Source of the DNA: Amoeboradix gromovi X-113
Taxonomy: Eukaryota; Fungi; Sanchytriomycota
Assembly: GCA_018985225.1 (NCBI GenBank)
Contig: JADGIF010000081.1
Location: 1 to 22,684 of the forward strand
Reading direction: 5' to 3'
DNA length: 22,684 nt
Shown one piece after another: positions 18,442 through 22,684 of this stretch. Position 1 is the first letter of the stretch; the number at the start of each line of letters is the position of its first letter. The notes below the pieces were generated by a model, which saw only the letters and a list, made by a program, of their open reading frames with translations, was not told the DNA's origin and searched no databases. The translations under genes and the position numbers were made by a program.

Positions 18442-19758
18442 ATGATCAACATGGATCCCTTTAATGGTGTCTTTGAGTGTATAAAATCTAAATATAAAGA
18501 GGTCTATAAAAAGTTTCTTAAAAAGGGAGATCATGACCTAAAAGTATTTAAGGATCGTATTGTGGTGCAAATTACAAATCGCATTTTATTAATTCTTAAT
18601 ATTTGTAATGACAGTGATTTCATAAATATCATAAAGGATGTTCAGTGTATTATAAAAGAACAAATAAGCAATTTCAAAGAATTTGATATTGAAATTTATT
18701 TAAGCGTTTTGAAAATATTTAAATTAAGAAAAGATCATCATCAATATAAAGAAGTTTATAAGACGCTAAAAGGATTTTGTAAGTCTCCAGATTCTGAGCA
18801 ACAGTTGTGGAATATGTTTAAACCAAATAGAGAAATAATAGAGATCGAAAGTCCATATGATTGGATGGCAGTTTATAAAAAAGAGAGATTTGAAAGAAAG
18901 GATGAACTTTTACGCTCTGTTCATTATATTCTGGAAGATCCTTATTTCTTCAATACAGTGATGGGTAGGATAAGTTTTAACGCAATAGTTCCTCAAGAGG
19001 AACGAGAGATTATTGATGCCATGATTAAGTCATATTACGAGTCCGAATCAAAAGATAGATACGAATGGAAAGAAGCCCCTAACTCTGATGATAAAAAGTT
19101 CAAATTTGCATGTCTTTTGTTTTTGTTTAAAAGAACAGGAAGCCCAGTTTTCACAAAAGAAGAGTTCTTAAAGCTCCTCAAGGAAACTCCAAACATTCAC
19201 TATCTACTACATGGTGGCTTAGCTCTGCTTGTGTTGAAGAAACTGAGCTTCTCTGTGGAGCAAGCCATGGTCCAATACAAAAAATTGATTCATCCAAAAG
19301 TGTGGCGATTATTAACATTTTATGAATCTAACTGTGCTACAATCAATATCGACCTTCATACATCCTTTTTAAAGGTGGGTCCTGAGATTCTTGGATTTAC
19401 TGTGCCGTTTATCATGGAGATGCTGAGAAAGCATACCAAGAAACTCAAAGAAGAGAATACCTCCAAGGACGACGGTTACCGAGGACTAAAAACTATAAAA
19501 TGGATTATTATTTGCGGGAAAGGTATTCATGGAGGTGGCGAAAGCAATCGTGGTAGAGGTAGAGGCAATCGTGGTAGAGATAGAGGTAGAGGCAATCATG
19601 GTAGAGGTATAGGCAATCGTGGTAGAGGCAATCGTGGAGTTTCTGAAATCCTAGACAAGACAATCGATAAAGGGATTATCGAAATAGAGGATAAACATCC
19701 ATTTAAAAAGTTAGTTAATTATAAAATTCCAAAACCTGAATTTCCTGAAATGCATTGA
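18442..19758 (+). CDS. Helical protein with C-terminal Smr (MutS2-like) domain containing an RG-rich insertion
   Basis: Smr motifs INIDLH ... WIIICGKGIH (consensus DLHG...IITGxGxHS). First ATG at 18442. Confidence 0.65.
   Translation: MINMDPFNGVFECIKSKYKEVYKKFLKKGDHDLKVFKDRIVVQITNRILLILNICNDSDFINIIKDVQCIIKEQISNFKEFDIEIYLSVLKIFKLRKDHHQYKEVYKTLKGFCKSPDSEQQLWNMFKPNREIIEIESPYDWMAVYKKERFERKDELLRSVHYILEDPYFFNTVMGRISFNAIVPQEEREIIDAMIKSYYESESKDRYEWKEAPNSDDKKFKFACLLFLFKRTGSPVFTKEEFLKLLKETPNIHYLLHGGLALLVLKKLSFSVEQAMVQYKKLIHPKVWRLLTFYESNCATINIDLHTSFLKVGPEILGFTVPFIMEMLRKHTKKLKEENTSKDDGYRGLKTIKWIIICGKGIHGGGESNRGRGRGNRGRDRGRGNHGRGIGNRGRGNRGVSEILDKTIDKGIIEIEDKHPFKKLVNYKIPKPEFPEMH
19544..19637 (+). repeat. 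Coding minisatellite GCAATCGTGGTAGAG(GTAGAG) x ~5 encoding NRGRG repeats
   Basis: Imperfect tandem units of 15-27 nt visible directly. Confidence 0.9.
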
Positions 19759-20075
19759 CACATATAGAGTTCTATATATGCTACTAATAAATCTTTTTCG
19801 AAATTCATGCAGTCTATATGAACCCAAGTGAAATTCTGACATGTGATAATAAACCAGAAATCAACATTTTTTGCAAATCTGTGACTTTATGGTGCATTGA
19901 AGATTTCTAGCGATTTTGAGAGCTTAGCATTTCTGGTGAGTGATGCTCTGTTCAAATTAAGCAGAGCTAATGATATTCAACATTAAGAAATATGATTATT
20001 TATTTTTTCAACTTTTTCCAATCCTGTAGTAGATCTGCAGCACCTAGTCCTTCATTCATGCTCATCATTTACTAA

Positions 20076-20708
20076 TCAACACCTTGTAATTCTCATCGCA
20101 TAAAAAACCAAATATTTTATCTTTAATCTCATCCTCGGTTTGATACCCTTTAAAAGGAACACTTTTGTTGGTAAAGTAGTCCAATGATTTCCTTGAGTGA
20201 TTTTCCCAGTGCGTATATCCAAGAGATCTGCATCAGATTCCATAGTATTTAGTTCGTTACCTCTAGCAGATATACGGTCTAAGATCTCTGAAATAGCACT
20301 CTCGGCCTCCTCATTCTTTTTAACCACATTGTCTCTAGACCTAATACGAATGAACCAATCCGAAATAACAGTCATAAACCCATTATGCTTTGTACTCCAA
20401 TACACTAATTCAATTACCTTGATAATTAGTTCCTTATCCATAGTAAGTATCCTGTCCTTATACTTATTGAAATGCTCTTCTATAGCTTCCAAATCAGAGC
20501 ATTCTCTCTTACTTTTTATCTCGAGTAAACAAACTTCCAACGCAGATAGTAGCACAATCTCGATTGCATTAGGGACTGCGCTTGAAAGAATATAACTAAC
20601 GGTACCAAGGCCTTTGTTTTTTCTCTTTGGAATTGTTGAAGACCAACCAAAATCGATTAGCATTATTTTATATTGCGAGTTTTCAGCAAATCTTGTGTAT
20701 TTTTTCAA
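20076..20708 (-). pseudogene. Protein kinase-like C-lobe fragment
   Basis: IMLIDFGWS (DFG motif) and GTVSY. In-frame stops upstream; no N-lobe or HRD motif seen. Confidence 0.45.
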
Positions 20709-20870
20709 AGCGTATTGGATGATTCTTTAGCAAATAATATGACCTCTTCAGAGGAGGAAGTGATTATTATCTAAGTCTTGATTGTCTCTTAAGCAGCAAG
20801 GAACCTCTTCCTGGTATGAGCACGGATCATCTTCATGCTTGTTGATTTGTTTATGTTTAGCATTTTATGG

Positions 20871-20996
20871 CTCCTCGTTAAAAGTCCTGATTTCCGAGAA
20901 ATCGAGAATTTCCACAGAGAAACTAGCAATGCTAGATGCTCCGTTACAGTGATTGCTCACGCTTTCACGACCCTGAGGCGGGACTGAATAAGGATG
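20871..20996 (-). ncRNA. Putative omegaRNA scaffold of copy 5
   Basis: Homologous structured 3' end, including the perfect hairpin GATTTC-TCG-GAAATC. Confidence 0.6.
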
Positions 20997-21115
20997 CAGA
21001 TACTTGATGTATATGTTCATTGCTGCCATATACTCTCTATTGTTACACATGTGGTATGAACAATCACATAAGAGTTATTAAATAAATAGTTTACGAGTTT
21101 ATTTATCATTGATCT

Positions 21116-21223
21116 CTTTCTAGGCATCGAAAGACATCTAATTGTTCCATGTTTGTACCAGTTCCTCAATGTTGATGAATGTATGCTGTACCTGCTAGTT
21201 ATTTCTTTAGATCTGACGTATTC
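21116..21223 (-). pseudogene. IS607 TnpA (serine recombinase) N-terminal MerR-type HTH remnant
   Basis: EYVRSKEITSRYSIHSSTLRNWYKHGTIRCLSMP matches the IS607 TnpA winged-HTH pattern (Y....E....(G/S)(V/I)...TLRxW...G.I). The catalytic domain is deleted. Confidence 0.75.
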
Positions 21224-21955
21224 GGTATTACAACCATTAATTCCATTTACTATTTGCGAAAATGAAAAGAATATCGAGTATTTAAGCTATTGGAAAAGTA
21301 TTGAATTATACAAAAATGCATACAAATTCGCGATAAATGATTTACTCAAGAAAACAATCGAGCTGTCCGAGTTGGTGTTTTATTTGGGTTTTTTGAAAGC
21401 TCCTCTTAAGTAGTATGTCTGACCATCAGTAATCTGGTATGCCAATAGTGATATTTCCAATTCATTTATTTATTAACATTTTTATATGCTCTCCATGGCC
21501 GACGCAAAATTTATGCCCATCCAGGCATTTCCAGATGATATTAGGTCATCTTGTTTTTGCATCCTTCTTTCGTTCACATGTTGTCTGTTTGCGTGAAACC
21601 TTCGACCTTAACACAGTTTTTGTTTCGACACTGAGTTGGTGGCATGTATTAAAATGTTGTCACCAAGGTTATAACCAATAAACCTGATCTGGTGACTACA
21701 ATGTCATGACGGTTACCGATCAACAAACCATTGATTGGTTGATAAAGAATGACAAGTAGTATATTGGAGATAGGTACGTTATGTTCAAGGGAATCGCATC
21801 AAGGCTTCTCAAGTTCAAGGAACAACTACATTTGGTAAAACTACTAATTTGAAGCTACATTCATACTATGCTGGTGAAAAATATCCTTTTAGATGTTGAA
21901 ATTAAACGCATTTATGGGTCATATTTTATCGGAATTTACCCGCAAGAAATGGCCA

Positions 21956-22336
21956 TCATCTGCTTTGCAACTTTTCAGTTATTAAATCTGAAAAGGTGTA
22001 TACGTCATTGACTAATTTTTCGTGGTTTGATAAATCCCCATACACTCCTCTGTATGTAATCCAGAGTTCAAAATCTCCATAACCAGGGAAAGCAGTAGTT
22101 AGTTCCACTGGATTAAAAAGTGGGTGCGTAAAAATTTTTACACTTTTAACTAGTTCTTCAGGTAGTAAATTCTCTAAATATTTCTTAATCAATACCTCAG
22201 TATTTCCTATCACCGCAATTTCATGACGGGCAAACAAAGATTCAAGTTTTTTGCCCAACAAGGCATCAGAAGCTATTTCCAAGACAAATTCATGGATGAT
22301 AATTAATGTTGCAAAGCAAAGATTTAGAAAGATCAT
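21956..22336 (-). CDS. Short or truncated paralog of the N-terminal domain of the secreted HAD protein
   Basis: MIFLNLCFATLIIIHE vs MFFYYLLFAHLVVIHE; RHEIAVIG vs RSEVFIVG; GDFELW vs GDFEIW. No HAD domain follows. Confidence 0.45.
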   Translation of the reverse strand: MIFLNLCFATLIIIHEFVLEIASDALLGKKLESLFARHEIAVIGNTEVLIKKYLENLLPEELVKSVKIFTHPLFNPVELTTAFPGYGDFELWITYRGVYGDLSNHEKLVNDVYTFSDLITEKLQSR

Positions 22337-22684
22337 GTTAGCCCCTTAGAGGACGTTGTTTGAAGTAATACCAGTAAGTGGTCACAAAATATGTTAGCGT
22401 TTCACAAAAGCACCAAAAGATCTTCTTTCAGAGAAACACTAATCTACACGAATACATCTGACTGGTAAAAGTCTAACCTTGGCCAAGCACTGATTAGTTG
22501 CAATTCTGTACGTGCTGTTGGCAAGATGCAATTTAGGGACAGAATAATGCGTAGAAATGAAATAAATAAAGCAACACTAACAACAGCTCACTTCATGCTT
22601 GGCAACGCTCCAGCACCAATTATGGCTATTCTGCACATGGGTTGAGGTTCTCCACGTGCCATAATACGCAAGAAACAACTTTCT

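Larger units (their letters stand above)
20871..21362 (-). mobile_element. IS607/Fanzor2 non-autonomous element, copy 5 (492 bp)
   Basis: Intact ends ACAG|CTCGATTG...TTTTAACGAGGAG. Has the best-preserved TnpA N-terminus. Confidence 0.9.

Noticed and set aside
18010-18534. Antisense ORFs (also 4398-4634, 8372-8635, 10920-11129, 13674-13883, 14125-14313, 20197-20595)
   Set aside because: Shadows of better-supported genes on the opposite strand.
2252-21362. CRISPR array or classical TIR MITE interpretation of the repeats
   Set aside because: The copies are long, dispersed and carry TnpA/Fanzor coding remnants. There is no repeat-spacer periodicity and only a 3-nt terminal inversion (CTC..GAG).
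21400-21409. TTAAGAGGAG on the minus strand resembling an element right end
   Set aside because: No scaffold homology upstream of it.
21480-21625. Minus-strand Cys/His stretch (TTCERKKDAKTR*..WKCLDGHKFCVGH) reminiscent of a piggyBac cysteine-rich tail
   Set aside because: Cys spacing is incomplete, there is an internal stop, and no transposase core or TTAA/TIR is evident.

Overview
AT-rich, gene-dense eukaryotic genomic DNA using the standard code, most likely from a reduced early-diverging (zoosporic-type) fungus; that lineage is my inference. Host genes: CUE-domain protein, fungal group-III G-alpha, Rgd1-like F-BAR/RhoGAP, three catalytically degenerate NodB/chitin-deacetylase-like surface proteins, a YcnI/DUF1775 copper-binding protein, a His-rich small protein, a secreted HAD/FCP1-like phosphatase, a tyrosinase and an Smr-domain protein, plus several decayed ORFs in the right third. 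Four genes carry ultra-short 19-20 nt GT-AG introns. The most notable feature is five dispersed 455-618 bp copies of one non-autonomous element. Stitched together, they reveal an IS607-family transposon: a MerR-type HTH from the TnpA serine recombinase plus a Fanzor2/TnpB nuclease with a rearranged RuvC. All five copies keep the structured 3' end (putative omegaRNA ending in GGAG, each followed by a different flank-derived guide), and four of five sit right after 5'-ACAG, the predicted target motif/TAM.
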